Below, in pieces: positions 33,787 to 43,123 of a stretch of DNA of 64,000 nt. The stretch is taken from assembly GCA_902552345.1 (NCBI GenBank), contig CACDGO010000003.1, forward strand, positions 56,221 through 120,220. The letters are read 5' to 3'. Numbering within the stretch: the first letter of the stretch is position 1; each line of letters begins with the position of its first letter. A program made the translations under genes and the position numbers. The stretch comes from an uncultured Pelagibacteraceae bacterium. Its GTDB lineage: Bacteria; Pseudomonadota; Alphaproteobacteria; Pelagibacterales; Pelagibacteraceae. Under the pieces are notes generated by a model that was not told the origin of the DNA, searched no databases, and saw only the letters and a program-made list of their open reading frames with translations.

Positions 33787-33791
33787 AAAAA

Positions 33792-34514
33792 TTAATTTTC
33801 TAAATTAGCATTTGTAAAGATACACTGAACATCATCAAGTTCATCAAGATTTTGCAGTATTTCGATCATTTTACTACTTTCCTCTTTATTTAAATCGAGG
33901 TAATTAATAGCTCTCCACTCTATAGCAGAGTAAAATATACTTTTTGTTTTTTTTTCCATCAAATTTTTAATTTTAAAGTAATCTTCCTTTTTTGTAATTA
34001 TCTCGTGAAATCCATTTTTTTGAGAACAATCTTTTGCTCCAGCATCAATAGCTAATTCAAAAGCTTCTTCATCGCTTATTACATCTTTTTGAATTTGAAT
34101 TATACCACAATTACTAAACAAGTGAGATGTTGATCCAGACTCTCCTAGTCTACCACCATTTTTTTGTAAAATAGTTCTAATAGATGAGGCTGATCTATTT
34201 TTGTTATCTGTTAATGTTTCAATTATTAATGCTGTATTAAATGGACCAAATCCTTCATACCTTAAATTTTCATAGTTTTTGTTTTCTGAAATTTCTGACT
34301 TATTTATTGCTCGCGAAATATTTTCTTTTGGCATATTAGCGTGCTTAGCTGCTTGAATAGCAGTCCTTAGCCTTGGATTCATATCTGGATTTTTATCTCC
34401 AAGTTTGGCAGCAACAGTTATTTCTCTAGAAAGTTTTGAAAATATCTTGGATCTTTCTTTATCAGCTCTTCCTTTTTTATGCTTAATGCCTGCCCAATGC
34501 GAGTGTCCTGCCAT
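33792..34514 (-). CDS. yebC: YebC/PmpR family protein
   Basis: MAGHSHWAGIKHKK, NPRLR, YEGFGP, TDNKNR. Confidence 0.96.
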   Translation of the reverse strand: MAGHSHWAGIKHKKGRADKERSKIFSKLSREITVAAKLGDKNPDMNPRLRTAIQAAKHANMPKENISRAINKSEISENKNYENLRYEGFGPFNTALIIETLTDNKNRSASSIRTILQKNGGRLGESGSTSHLFSNCGIIQIQKDVISDEEAFELAIDAGAKDCSQKNGFHEIITKKEDYFKIKNLMEKKTKSIFYSAIEWRAINYLDLNKEESSKMIEILQNLDELDDVQCIFTNANLEN

Positions 34515-34516
34515 AT

Positions 34517-35323
34517 CTATTTTTCTAAACTTCCACCAATAATTAATCTAGAAATTTTTTTTGCTAAACCTGTATCTTTATTTGCTTCAACAATTACACC
34601 CGACAAAGTGCCTTCACCATCTGCCGGAAAATGTTTTAAAGCATCTTTTTCTTTAAAAAATCTTTTTAATGAGTTTTCTTTATTAAAACCAATTACTGAA
34701 TTGTAGTCTCCACACATACCGATATCAGTCTGATAGGCAGTTCCTTTGATCAAAATTCTGGTGTCAGATGTTGGCACGTGTGTGTGTGTTCCAATTACAC
34801 AAGTTGATTTGCCATCAAAAAAATGACCAATAGCCATTTTTTCACTTGCAGTTTCACCATGAAAGTCAATGATTGAAAAATCAACATTTTTTTTTAAAAC
34901 AATTTTTTTACTAATTTCATGAGCAGTTTTAAAAACATCATTAGTCTTTCTCATAAAAACATTGCCCATTAAATTAATAACTCCAACTTTAAATTTTTTA
35001 TTCTTTGAAATAAAAATTCCATAACCGTTTCCTGGTGAACCATGAACCAAATTAGCTGGTCTTAGAAGTCTATTTTCTGTTTCAATATATCTTGTAGTCT
35101 CTTCTTTATCCCAAATATGATTTCCAGAAGTTATAACATCTACACCTAATGAAAAAAATTCTTTTGCTGCACTCACTGGGATTCCGTGACCATCATCTGC
35201 TGAGTTTTCTCCATTAATTACTGTAAAATCAACTTGATAATCCTTTATAATCTTTGCAAGATTTTTTCTAAGTGCTTCTCTTCCCGACAAACCCACTAAA
35301 TCACCTAAAACTAAAATATTCAT
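34517..35323 (-). CDS. YmdB-like (TIGR00282 family) metallophosphoesterase
   Basis: GDLVG, NGEN, TSGNHIWD, DFHGE, GTHTHV, TDIGMCG. Confidence 0.93.
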   Translation of the reverse strand: MNILVLGDLVGLSGREALRKNLAKIIKDYQVDFTVINGENSADDGHGIPVSAAKEFFSLGVDVITSGNHIWDKEETTRYIETENRLLRPANLVHGSPGNGYGIFISKNKKFKVGVINLMGNVFMRKTNDVFKTAHEISKKIVLKKNVDFSIIDFHGETASEKMAIGHFFDGKSTCVIGTHTHVPTSDTRILIKGTAYQTDIGMCGDYNSVIGFNKENSLKRFFKEKDALKHFPADGEGTLSGVIVEANKDTGLAKKISRLIIGGSLEK

Positions 35324-35874
35324 TTAACTATTCCTTTTTCTGTAATTACAAAATCTAATTTAAAATCTTTATTGTTATTCGGCAGGTTATGATGTTTTTG
35401 AAAAGAAAATGCAATACCGACCGATAAGATACTTTGATGCGTTTTAACATATTTGTTAAGAAACTTATCGTAAAACCCTTTGCCGTATCCTAATCTGTTT
35501 TTATTTTTATCAAAAGCTAATAAGGGAACTAAAATTATATCTGGGATTATTCTTTTTGTCTTAATTGGCTCCAAAATTCCGTATTTATTAATACTCAATA
35601 TATCATTTTTCTTCCAAGAGTAAAAATTCATATTATTTTCTCTTTCTATAACAGGTAAAAGAAATGTAAAATTTTTAAAGTAATCATTATCTAAAATTTT
35701 TAATACATTTGTCTCATTTAAAGTTGGAAAATATAAAGAAATTTTTGGTTTTTTTTTAAATTTTTTTTTTTTAATTAAGTCGATTAAAGGTTTAAAAAAA
35801 TTGCTATCTATTGAAAAATAATATTTTTTTCTTTTAACAATATAATTTTTTCTTATTAGCCTCTTTTTATCCAT
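35320..35874 (-). CDS. ygfA: 5-formyltetrahydrofolate cyclo-ligase
   Basis: GILEP, VPLLAFD..RLGYGKGFYD, DFVITE. Confidence 0.94.
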   Translation of the reverse strand: MDKKRLIRKNYIVKRKKYYFSIDSNFFKPLIDLIKKKKFKKKPKISLYFPTLNETNVLKILDNDYFKNFTFLLPVIERENNMNFYSWKKNDILSINKYGILEPIKTKRIIPDIILVPLLAFDKNKNRLGYGKGFYDKFLNKYVKTHQSILSVGIAFSFQKHHNLPNNNKDFKLDFVITEKGIVK

Positions 35875-36321
35875 CTATTGTATTTTAGATAGAGACTCTG
35901 TGTTAGAAATAATTTTTTCAAGCGATTGGGTTGTCTTATCAAGCATTGTTTCATAGAGATTTTGATTTTCTTCAATTGTTTTTTTAAAATTTTCTAATTC
36001 CCTATTGAGGCTATCTATTTCTTTATCTTTATCCTTTTTGTATTCAACGGCTAAAGATCTTATTTCTTTAAATTTATTTGAAATTTCATCTAATTTTATT
36101 TTTTGTTGAGAGACTTTTTGTTTTAAATCAAAGTATTCATCAATTAATTGAATTGTAGTAATTAACAAAAGTTTGTTTTCTCCAATATTTCCTAGTTTAT
36201 CTTTTAATTCCGAATATTTTTTGTCTAGAAATTTTGTTAATTTTTTCAGCGATTCTTCTTGTCCGTCATCGCAAGAGAGCAAATAATCTTTATTGTTAAA
36301 CTTAATATTTACATTTGCCAT
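35875..36321 (-). CDS. zapA: Cell division protein ZapA with long C-terminal coiled coil
   Basis: MANVNIKFNNKDYLLSCDDGQEE.L, GENKLL; position upstream of ygfA. Confidence 0.85.
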   Translation of the reverse strand: MANVNIKFNNKDYLLSCDDGQEESLKKLTKFLDKKYSELKDKLGNIGENKLLLITTIQLIDEYFDLKQKVSQQKIKLDEISNKFKEIRSLAVEYKKDKDKEIDSLNRELENFKKTIEENQNLYETMLDKTTQSLEKIISNTESLSKIQ

Positions 36322-36632
36322 TTTTCAATTTCAGTTACTAAATCCTCTGTTTCTTTACTTAATTCATCTATTTCTTGATTAAAGTTATCCTCTAATTCAA
36401 ATTTTTTTTTAACCTCTAATTGTAAATTTTTTATTTTCTCTTTTAAATATTTGTGTTCTCTAACTAGTTCTTGATTTTTATTTTCTATTTCAATTTTTTG
36501 TCTCAAGATTTCATTTTTTTCTGTCTTAATTTTTTCTATTTCATAATTAGGTTGTGAATAAGTAAGGCTTAATGAGTTTAGTTTGCTTATTAATAGATTT
36601 AAGTTTTTTTCTTTTTTTTCAATTATGCTCAT
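36309..36632 (-). CDS. Coiled-coil protein upstream of zapA (possible ZapB/ZauP analogue)
   Basis: Entirely heptad-like E/K/L-rich sequence; overlaps the zapA start. Confidence 0.6.
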   Translation of the reverse strand: MSIIEKKEKNLNLLISKLNSLSLTYSQPNYEIEKIKTEKNEILRQKIEIENKNQELVREHKYLKEKIKNLQLEVKKKFELEDNFNQEIDELSKETEDLVTEIEKWQM

Positions 36633-36651
36633 AAATTATTATATCATATTA

Positions 36652-36680
36652 TTGATATACATACTTTAAGTCTATATAGG
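36652..36680 (+). promoter_or_regulatory. Putative sigma70 promoter for the tkt operon
   Basis: TTGATA-N17-TATAGG, 9 nt upstream of the tkt GTG. Confidence 0.45.
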
Positions 36681-36689
36681 TTATAAAAA

Positions 36690-38672
36690 GTGACTAATAA
36701 TTTAAATCAATTATCTAACGCAATAAGATTTTTATCAATTGATGCTGTGCAAAAGGCTAATTCGGGTCATCCTGGAATGCCGATGGGAATGGCTGATGTG
36801 GCTACGGTATTATTTAAATACCACCTGAGGTTTAACCCAAAAAATCCAAATTGGATTAATAGAGATAGATTTATTTTATCAGCCGGTCATGGTTCTATGC
36901 TGCTTTATTCTCTTCTATACCTTACAGGTTATAAAAGTATTTCAATAGAAGATATAAAAAATTTTAGACAATTAAATTCAATTTGTGCTGGTCACCCTGA
37001 ATATAAAAAGGGTACTGGTATTGAAACAACTACTGGTCCGCTAGGTCAAGGATTGGCTAATGCGGTGGGTATGGCAATAGCTGAGGAAATATTTAGAAAA
37101 AAATTTGGCTCTACAATTATTAATAATAAAACTTATGTGATCGCTAGTGACGGAGATTTAATGGAAGGAATAAGCCACGAAGCAATGAGTTTAGCCGGGC
37201 ATCTTAAGTTAAAAAACTTAATAATATTTTTTGATAATAATAAAATTTCAATTGACGGTTCTACTTCATTAAGTGTTTCAGATAATTACAAAAAAAGATT
37301 TGAGTCTTATGGATGGAATTTTCAAGAAATTAATGGTCATAATGAAAAACAGATAACAAAGGCAATTTCAAAAGCATCAAAATCGAATAAACCAACAATA
37401 ATATCTTGTAAAACTATAATAGGGTATGGATCGCCAAATAAATCTGGCAAAGCCTCTTCTCACGGCTCGCCTTTAGGTGATGATGAAATATCTTTAGTAA
37501 GAAAAAAGCTTAAATGGAACAACAAACCATTTGAAATTCCAAAAGAAATCTTGGAAGAATGGAGAGAAATAGGGAATAAAGGTGAACAATTAGAAAATAA
37601 ATGGCATGAGACGATAAATAAAAAAGATCCAAAATTTAAAAGTGAAATTACTAAAGATTCTCAAAAATTAGATTTTACAGTTTTAGAAAAGTTAATTATT
37701 GAGGAAAAAGAAAAACATTTTAAAGCCAAACCTAGTTTAGCAACTAGACAGTGTTCGATGATGGCGATAGAAAAAATTACATCTTTGCTTCCTCAATTAA
37801 TAGGAGGCTCGGCAGATTTGAGTGGTTCAAATAATACAAAAACAAATCATTCTAAAATTATTAATTCTAAAAACTTTAATGGAAACTATATTCATTATGG
37901 TGTCAGAGAACACGGTATGGCTGCTATAATGAATGGTTTAGCTCTTTATGGTGGATTGATACCTTACGGAGGGACATTTTTAATATTTTCAGACTACTGC
38001 AAACCATCTATCAGACTATCTGCTTTAATGGGCCTGAAAGTAATTTATATTTTTTCTCACGACTCTATTGGTCTCGGTGAAGACGGTCCAACTCATCAAC
38101 CTGTTGAGCAGCTTGCTGGTTTGAGAGCTATTCCTAATTTGAATGTCTTTAGACCTGCAGATATTAATGAAACTTTTGAATGCTGGGAGATAGCATTAAA
38201 AAGTAAAAACACTCCAAGTGCAATTGCTTTATCAAGACAAAAAGTTCCTTACATAAATCCTAATAATTCAAAAGTTAACAAATGTGAAAAAGGAGCCTAC
38301 ACGGTGAATCTTACTTCACATGAGAGCAACGTAACATTAGTAGCTTCTGGAACTGAAGTTGAGCTGGCTTTAAAAGTTCAAGATAAGCTTAGAGAAAATG
38401 ATATTCACTCAAAAGTCGTTTCAATGCCCTGCATGGAGCTTTTCGATTTACAACCTGAGAATTATCGTAAAGATATTTTAGAATATAATTCCTTAATAGT
38501 AACTCTTGAGGCTGGTAGTATAATGTGTTGGCAAAAATATATAAAAGGCAAGGGAATAAATATAGGTATAGATGAGTTTGGTGAAAGTGCTCCTTATAAA
38601 GAAGTCTACAAACATTTTAAATTGTCAGAGGACGATATAACAAATTTTATTCAAAAAAAATTGAGAGAGTAA
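36690..38672 (+). CDS. tkt: Transketolase
   Basis: SGHPGMPMG, RDRFILSAGH, TTGPLGQG, DGDLMEG, HDSIGLGEDGPTHQ. Confidence 0.98.
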   Translation: MTNNLNQLSNAIRFLSIDAVQKANSGHPGMPMGMADVATVLFKYHLRFNPKNPNWINRDRFILSAGHGSMLLYSLLYLTGYKSISIEDIKNFRQLNSICAGHPEYKKGTGIETTTGPLGQGLANAVGMAIAEEIFRKKFGSTIINNKTYVIASDGDLMEGISHEAMSLAGHLKLKNLIIFFDNNKISIDGSTSLSVSDNYKKRFESYGWNFQEINGHNEKQITKAISKASKSNKPTIISCKTIIGYGSPNKSGKASSHGSPLGDDEISLVRKKLKWNNKPFEIPKEILEEWREIGNKGEQLENKWHETINKKDPKFKSEITKDSQKLDFTVLEKLIIEEKEKHFKAKPSLATRQCSMMAIEKITSLLPQLIGGSADLSGSNNTKTNHSKIINSKNFNGNYIHYGVREHGMAAIMNGLALYGGLIPYGGTFLIFSDYCKPSIRLSALMGLKVIYIFSHDSIGLGEDGPTHQPVEQLAGLRAIPNLNVFRPADINETFECWEIALKSKNTPSAIALSRQKVPYINPNNSKVNKCEKGAYTVNLTSHESNVTLVASGTEVELALKVQDKLRENDIHSKVVSMPCMELFDLQPENYRKDILEYNSLIVTLEAGSIMCWQKYIKGKGINIGIDEFGESAPYKEVYKHFKLSEDDITNFIQKKLRE

Positions 38673-38678
38673 TATTAG

Positions 38679-39872
38679 TTGATGGGTGGAATAAATTTTT
38701 TTCCTAATGATTTAGAAGTTAAAGATCAAAAAATAATTCTTAGATTAGATTTGAACGTTCCCATCAAGGACAAAGTAATTAAAGACGATACAAGAATAGT
38801 TTTATGTTTACCTTTTATTAATAATTTGATTGAAAAAAAGGCAAAAATTATAATAATCAGCCATTTAGGTAGACCTAAAGGAGTTAGTGTTCCAGAATTA
38901 TCTTTAACACCAATATATAAATACCTAAAAGAAACTCTTAAAACTAATGTGTATTTTTTCAGAGGGGTTTTTGATGATGATGTTAATGAAAAATTTTCTT
39001 ACTTAAAAGGGGGTGATGTTATATTAATTGAAAACATAAGATTTTTCAAAGAAGAGGCTGAAGATGATCTTAATTTTTCAAAAAAAATAGGTGCACTTGG
39101 AGATATCTACATTAATGATGCGTTTTCATGTTCTCATAGAAAACAGGCTTCCGTTCACAGTATAACAAAATTTGTAAAAAGAAGTTTTGCAGGCCCGTTG
39201 TTGAAAAAAGAAATATCTGCAATAAACCTCGTAATTGAAAATAAAAAAGAACCAGTTACTTGCATTATAGGTGGATCTAAAATTTCTACAAAAATTAATG
39301 TTATTTTAAGTCTTATAAAGAAAATTAATAATCTTATTATTGTTGGGGCTATGGCAAATAATTTCTTTACATATAAAAATTTTAAAGTTGGTAAATCTTT
39401 AGTTGAGGAAAATACAAAAGAGGTAATTGAAGATATCTATAAAAAGGCTGAATTGAATAATTGTAAAATATTGATACCAGAAGATTGTTTAGTTGGAACA
39501 AGTTTTGATGGAACAAGTAAAAAAAGAAATCTTGATGAAGTAAAAGATGACGAAATAATTTTAGATATTGGTGATGATACAATTGAAAATATAAAAAAAA
39601 AAATTAATGAGTCAAATACGGTTTTATGGAACGGGCCAGCAGGATATTTTGAAAATGAAAACTTCTCAAAAGGCACGTTGTCTATTGCAGAAAAAATCTC
39701 TAAAAATACTATTGAAAAATCTCTATTATCTGTTCTAGGAGGCGGAGATACTCTGGCTGCAATAAATAAAATCAATAGCAAACTTTCTTTCTCCCACTTA
39801 TCAACAGCAGGAGGTGCATTTTTGGAGTTCTTAGAAGGAAAAGACTTGCCTGGTATAAGTGTTTTAAAATAA
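38679..39872 (+). CDS. pgk: Phosphoglycerate kinase
   Basis: RLDLNVP, SHLGRP, ENIRF, NDAF..SHR, WNGP, GGGDT, STAGGA. Confidence 0.97.
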   Translation: MMGGINFFPNDLEVKDQKIILRLDLNVPIKDKVIKDDTRIVLCLPFINNLIEKKAKIIIISHLGRPKGVSVPELSLTPIYKYLKETLKTNVYFFRGVFDDDVNEKFSYLKGGDVILIENIRFFKEEAEDDLNFSKKIGALGDIYINDAFSCSHRKQASVHSITKFVKRSFAGPLLKKEISAINLVIENKKEPVTCIIGGSKISTKINVILSLIKKINNLIIVGAMANNFFTYKNFKVGKSLVEENTKEVIEDIYKKAELNNCKILIPEDCLVGTSFDGTSKKRNLDEVKDDEIILDIGDDTIENIKKKINESNTVLWNGPAGYFENENFSKGTLSIAEKISKNTIEKSLLSVLGGGDTLAAINKINSKLSFSHLSTAGGAFLEFLEGKDLPGISVLK

Positions 39873-39881
39873 ATAATCGCT

Positions 39882-40898
39882 ATGACATTAAATGAAATTG
39901 CAAAAAAAATGTGTGCTAAAGGCAAAGGTATTCTTGCAGCCGATGAAAGCACTGGGACAATAGCCAAAAGATTTAAGAGTATAAATGTGGAGAATATAGA
40001 AAAAAATCGTCTGAATTTTAGACAAACTCTTTTTAATTCAAGTGCTATGAAAGATTTTATTGGTGGGGTTATTTTATTTGATGAAACAATTAGACAAAAA
40101 AGCACTTTAGGTCCCTCAATTCCGGAGTTAATTTCCAAAAATGGGGCTGTACCAGGTATAAAAGTTGACAAAGGTGCTAAACCGCTTGCTGGATCTAGTA
40201 ATGAAACCGTGACAGAGGGTTTAGACGGTTTACGTGAAAGATTGAAAGAATATTATGATTTGGGTGCAAGATTTACAAAATGGAGAGCTGTATATAGAAT
40301 CTCAGATAAGTTTCCTTCAGTTCAATCAATTAAGTCTAACGCTCATGCTTTAGGAAGATACGCCGCCTTAGTACAAGAAGCTAAGATGGTACCAATAGTT
40401 GAGCCAGAGGTTCTAATGGATGGTTCACACAACATTGATAAATGCTTTAAAGTTACAACTGAAGTTCTCAATGAATGTTATAACGAACTTGAAATAAATA
40501 AAGTTGATTTGAAAGGTACTGTTCTTAAACCTAATATGGTAGTACCTGGCTCAGACTGCAAAGATAAATCTAGTGCTGAAGAAATCGCAAAGAAAACTTT
40601 AGATTGTTTAAAAAGAAATGTACCAGCTGATGTGCCTGGTATAGCTTTTTTATCCGGCGGGCAGTCAGAGATAGAGTCTAGTAAAAACTTAAATGAAATA
40701 AATAAAATTAATGATAGTAATTTTTTAATTACTTTTTCTTATGGTAGAGGATTGCAAGCAAGTGCATTAAAAGAATTTGGAAAAAATCAAGATAATATCG
40801 AAAATATCCAGAAAGCCTTTAATCATAGAGCTAAAATGAATGGCCTATCAACTAAAGGAAAATGGTCAGAAGAATTAGAGAAAGAGTTTGCGGCTTAG
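39882..40898 (+). CDS. fbaB: Fructose-bisphosphate aldolase class I
   Basis: GKGILAADES, GIKVDKG, VPIVEPEV, LKPNM, FLSGGQ, TFSYGR. Confidence 0.96.
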   Translation: MTLNEIAKKMCAKGKGILAADESTGTIAKRFKSINVENIEKNRLNFRQTLFNSSAMKDFIGGVILFDETIRQKSTLGPSIPELISKNGAVPGIKVDKGAKPLAGSSNETVTEGLDGLRERLKEYYDLGARFTKWRAVYRISDKFPSVQSIKSNAHALGRYAALVQEAKMVPIVEPEVLMDGSHNIDKCFKVTTEVLNECYNELEINKVDLKGTVLKPNMVVPGSDCKDKSSAEEIAKKTLDCLKRNVPADVPGIAFLSGGQSEIESSKNLNEINKINDSNFLITFSYGRGLQASALKEFGKNQDNIENIQKAFNHRAKMNGLSTKGKWSEELEKEFAA

Positions 40899-41506
40899 TA
40901 CCTTTGAGGAGACTAGTTTATTTAATATCACCAAATAAGATTGATAAAAATTTTTACAGTAATTTAGATAAAGTATTATCGTATAAAAACGTGAAGTTTT
41001 TTCAACTAAGGTTAAAAAATGTAAAAAAGAATAGTCTTATTAATATCTCCAAAAAAATAAAGAATATTACTTTTAAACATCAAGTAAAATTTATTCTTAA
41101 TGATAATTTTATTCTCGCATCTAAAATTAGAACTGATGGGTGTCACATGGGTCAACTTGATGGATCTTTTGGATTAGCTAGAAAGAAACTTAAAAAAAAA
41201 CTTTTAGGGGTCACCTGCCATAATTCTAAAACGCTTGCAAAGAATGCTATGAATTATAACGCTGATTATGTTGCATTTGGATCTTTTTTTAAATCTAAGC
41301 TCAAACCGAAAGCTAAAAAAGCAAATCTTAGTATCTTGAGATGGGCCAAAAAGGAGATAAACAAGCCAGTTGTTGTTATTGGTGGAATAAATGATTTAAA
41401 TTATAAAAAATTAATAAATGCTGGAGCCAAATATATTGCAATATCAAGTTTTATTTGGGATAACCCGAAATTAAAACCTGAATTTGCTATAAGAAAATTC
41501 AAATGA
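40862..41506 (+). CDS. thiE: Thiamine-phosphate synthase family protein (true start possibly TTG 40904)
   Basis: QLRLK, LND, DGCHMGQ.D, GVTCH, ADYVAFG.FF, IGGI. Confidence 0.87.
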   Translation: MVRRIRERVCGLVPLRRLVYLISPNKIDKNFYSNLDKVLSYKNVKFFQLRLKNVKKNSLINISKKIKNITFKHQVKFILNDNFILASKIRTDGCHMGQLDGSFGLARKKLKKKLLGVTCHNSKTLAKNAMNYNADYVAFGSFFKSKLKPKAKKANLSILRWAKKEINKPVVVIGGINDLNYKKLINAGAKYIAISSFIWDNPKLKPEFAIRKFK

Positions 41507-42066
41507 AAATTACTGCTAATGAAATAAAACCTGGAATGATAATAGAGCACAAAAATGATTATTGGAATGTTCTAAAAACTCAACATGTAAAACCAGGCAA
41601 AGGTGGTGCTTTTAATCAAGTAGAATTGAAGAGTGTTGTTAAGGGTATAAAATTAAACGAGAGATTTAGATCTAGCGAAACTGTTGAAAAAGCAGAAGTT
41701 GACGAAAAAAAATTTAATTTTTTATATATAGATGGAGAAAATTGCCATTTTATGGATAACAAAACATTTGAACAAGTAGAAATTCTTAAATCAGTTGCTG
41801 GAGAACAATACAAGCTTTTAAAAGAAAATTTAGAAGTTACTATTTCCTTTATGGAAGAAAAGCCAATTTCGATAGAGCTTCCTAATAATATTGAATGTAA
41901 AATTGAGACAACTGATGCTGCTATAAAAAATCAAACAGCCTCTTCTTCATATAAACCTGCAATACTTGACTGTGGTATCAAGATTAATGTCCCCCCATTT
42001 ATTGAAAGTGGTGAAAAAATTATAATAGATACACGAACACTTGAATATGTAAAAAGAGTTAATTGA
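41503..42066 (+). CDS. efp: Elongation factor P
   Basis: HVKPGKGGAF, YKPA, VPPFI..GE. Confidence 0.97.
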   Translation: MKITANEIKPGMIIEHKNDYWNVLKTQHVKPGKGGAFNQVELKSVVKGIKLNERFRSSETVEKAEVDEKKFNFLYIDGENCHFMDNKTFEQVEILKSVAGEQYKLLKENLEVTISFMEEKPISIELPNNIECKIETTDAAIKNQTASSSYKPAILDCGIKINVPPFIESGEKIIIDTRTLEYVKRVN

Positions 42067-42866
42067 TGAGATTAAATTCTCCACAAATAAATATAATAAC
42101 TAAAGCATGTATGAAAGCCTCAAGGTCTTTAATAAGAGATTTTGGCGAAATTGAAAATTTACAAGTTTCAACAAAAGGTCCTGGAGATTTTGTAACGTCT
42201 GCAGATAAAAGGACTGAAAAGATTCTAATAAATGAGTTGCAAAAAGCTCATCCTGATTACGGTATTATAACAGAGGAAACTGGACTGATAAATAAATCAA
42301 ATATTAAAAATAGGTGGATAATTGATCCAATCGATGGAACAATGAATTTTTTAAATGGTATACCACAATTCGCAATTTCTATTGGATATGAAGAAGATAA
42401 TGAGATCAAATGTGGGGTAATATTTAATCCAATAATGAATGAAATGTATTGTGCAGAAAAAGGAAATGGAGCATTTTTGAATAATTCCAGAATAAGAGTT
42501 TCAAACAAAAGGAAAATAAAAGATGCATTGCTTGTAACAGGTGGCCCTAAAGGAGAAAGTAAAATTAAAGATAAAATCTTTTCAGAATATATTAATGTTT
42601 CAAAAAATGTATCAAACGTAAGAAAGTTTGGTAGCGCTGCACTTGATATGGCCTACGTAGCATGTGGGAGATTCGACGGGTACTGGCAACGAGAACTTAA
42701 TTATTGGGATATAGCCGCTGGTATAATTATTCTCAAAGAGGCCGGTGGTTTTGTTGATTTTTTTGAAGAAGATACAACCTCACCCTTAAAAAAGAATATT
42801 TTAGCTACTAATTCCAATATACATGAAGATTTAAGGGAACTTATAAATAAAAAAGATATTGAGTAA
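42063..42866 (+). CDS. suhB: Inositol monophosphatase family protein SuhB
   Basis: DFVT.AD, WIIDPIDGTMNF, GSAALD, WDIAAG. Confidence 0.94.
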   Translation: MMRLNSPQINIITKACMKASRSLIRDFGEIENLQVSTKGPGDFVTSADKRTEKILINELQKAHPDYGIITEETGLINKSNIKNRWIIDPIDGTMNFLNGIPQFAISIGYEEDNEIKCGVIFNPIMNEMYCAEKGNGAFLNNSRIRVSNKRKIKDALLVTGGPKGESKIKDKIFSEYINVSKNVSNVRKFGSAALDMAYVACGRFDGYWQRELNYWDIAAGIIILKEAGGFVDFFEEDTTSPLKKNILATNSNIHEDLRELINKKDIE

Positions 42867-42894
42867 AAACTGGTATTAATATAAAACTCCGCAC

Positions 42895-43119
42895 ATGAAA
42901 AAAAACATACACCCAAACTATCATAAAATAAAAGTTGTAATGACCGATGGCTCAGAGTTTGAAACAAGATCAACTTGGGGCAAAGAAAACGAGGTGCTTA
43001 AATTGGATATTGATCCAAAATCACATTATGCATGGACTGGGGGGGCCCAAAAAATTTTGGATAAGGGAAGAGTAAGTAAGTATAATAAAAAGTTTAGCAA
43101 TTTAAGATCGAAGAAATAA
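42895..43119 (+). CDS. rpmE: 50S ribosomal protein L31 (Cys-free type)
   Basis: [25 protein letters not shown]. Confidence 0.96.
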   Translation: MKKNIHPNYHKIKVVMTDGSEFETRSTWGKENEVLKLDIDPKSHYAWTGGAQKILDKGRVSKYNKKFSNLRSKK

Positions 43120-43123
43120 ATTT

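Noticed and set aside
39437-40171. 244-aa antisense ORF over pgk/fbaB, plus the other short antisense or alternate-frame ORFs in the track (e.g. 2906-3283, 50829-51125, 63143-63442)
   Set aside because: Shadows of well-conserved genes with no recognisable motifs; expected from codon bias
42895-43119. Zinc-free L31 (and L36 at 53222-53347) as a zinc-sparing adaptation
   Set aside because: Cys-free forms are the norm in alphaproteobacteria
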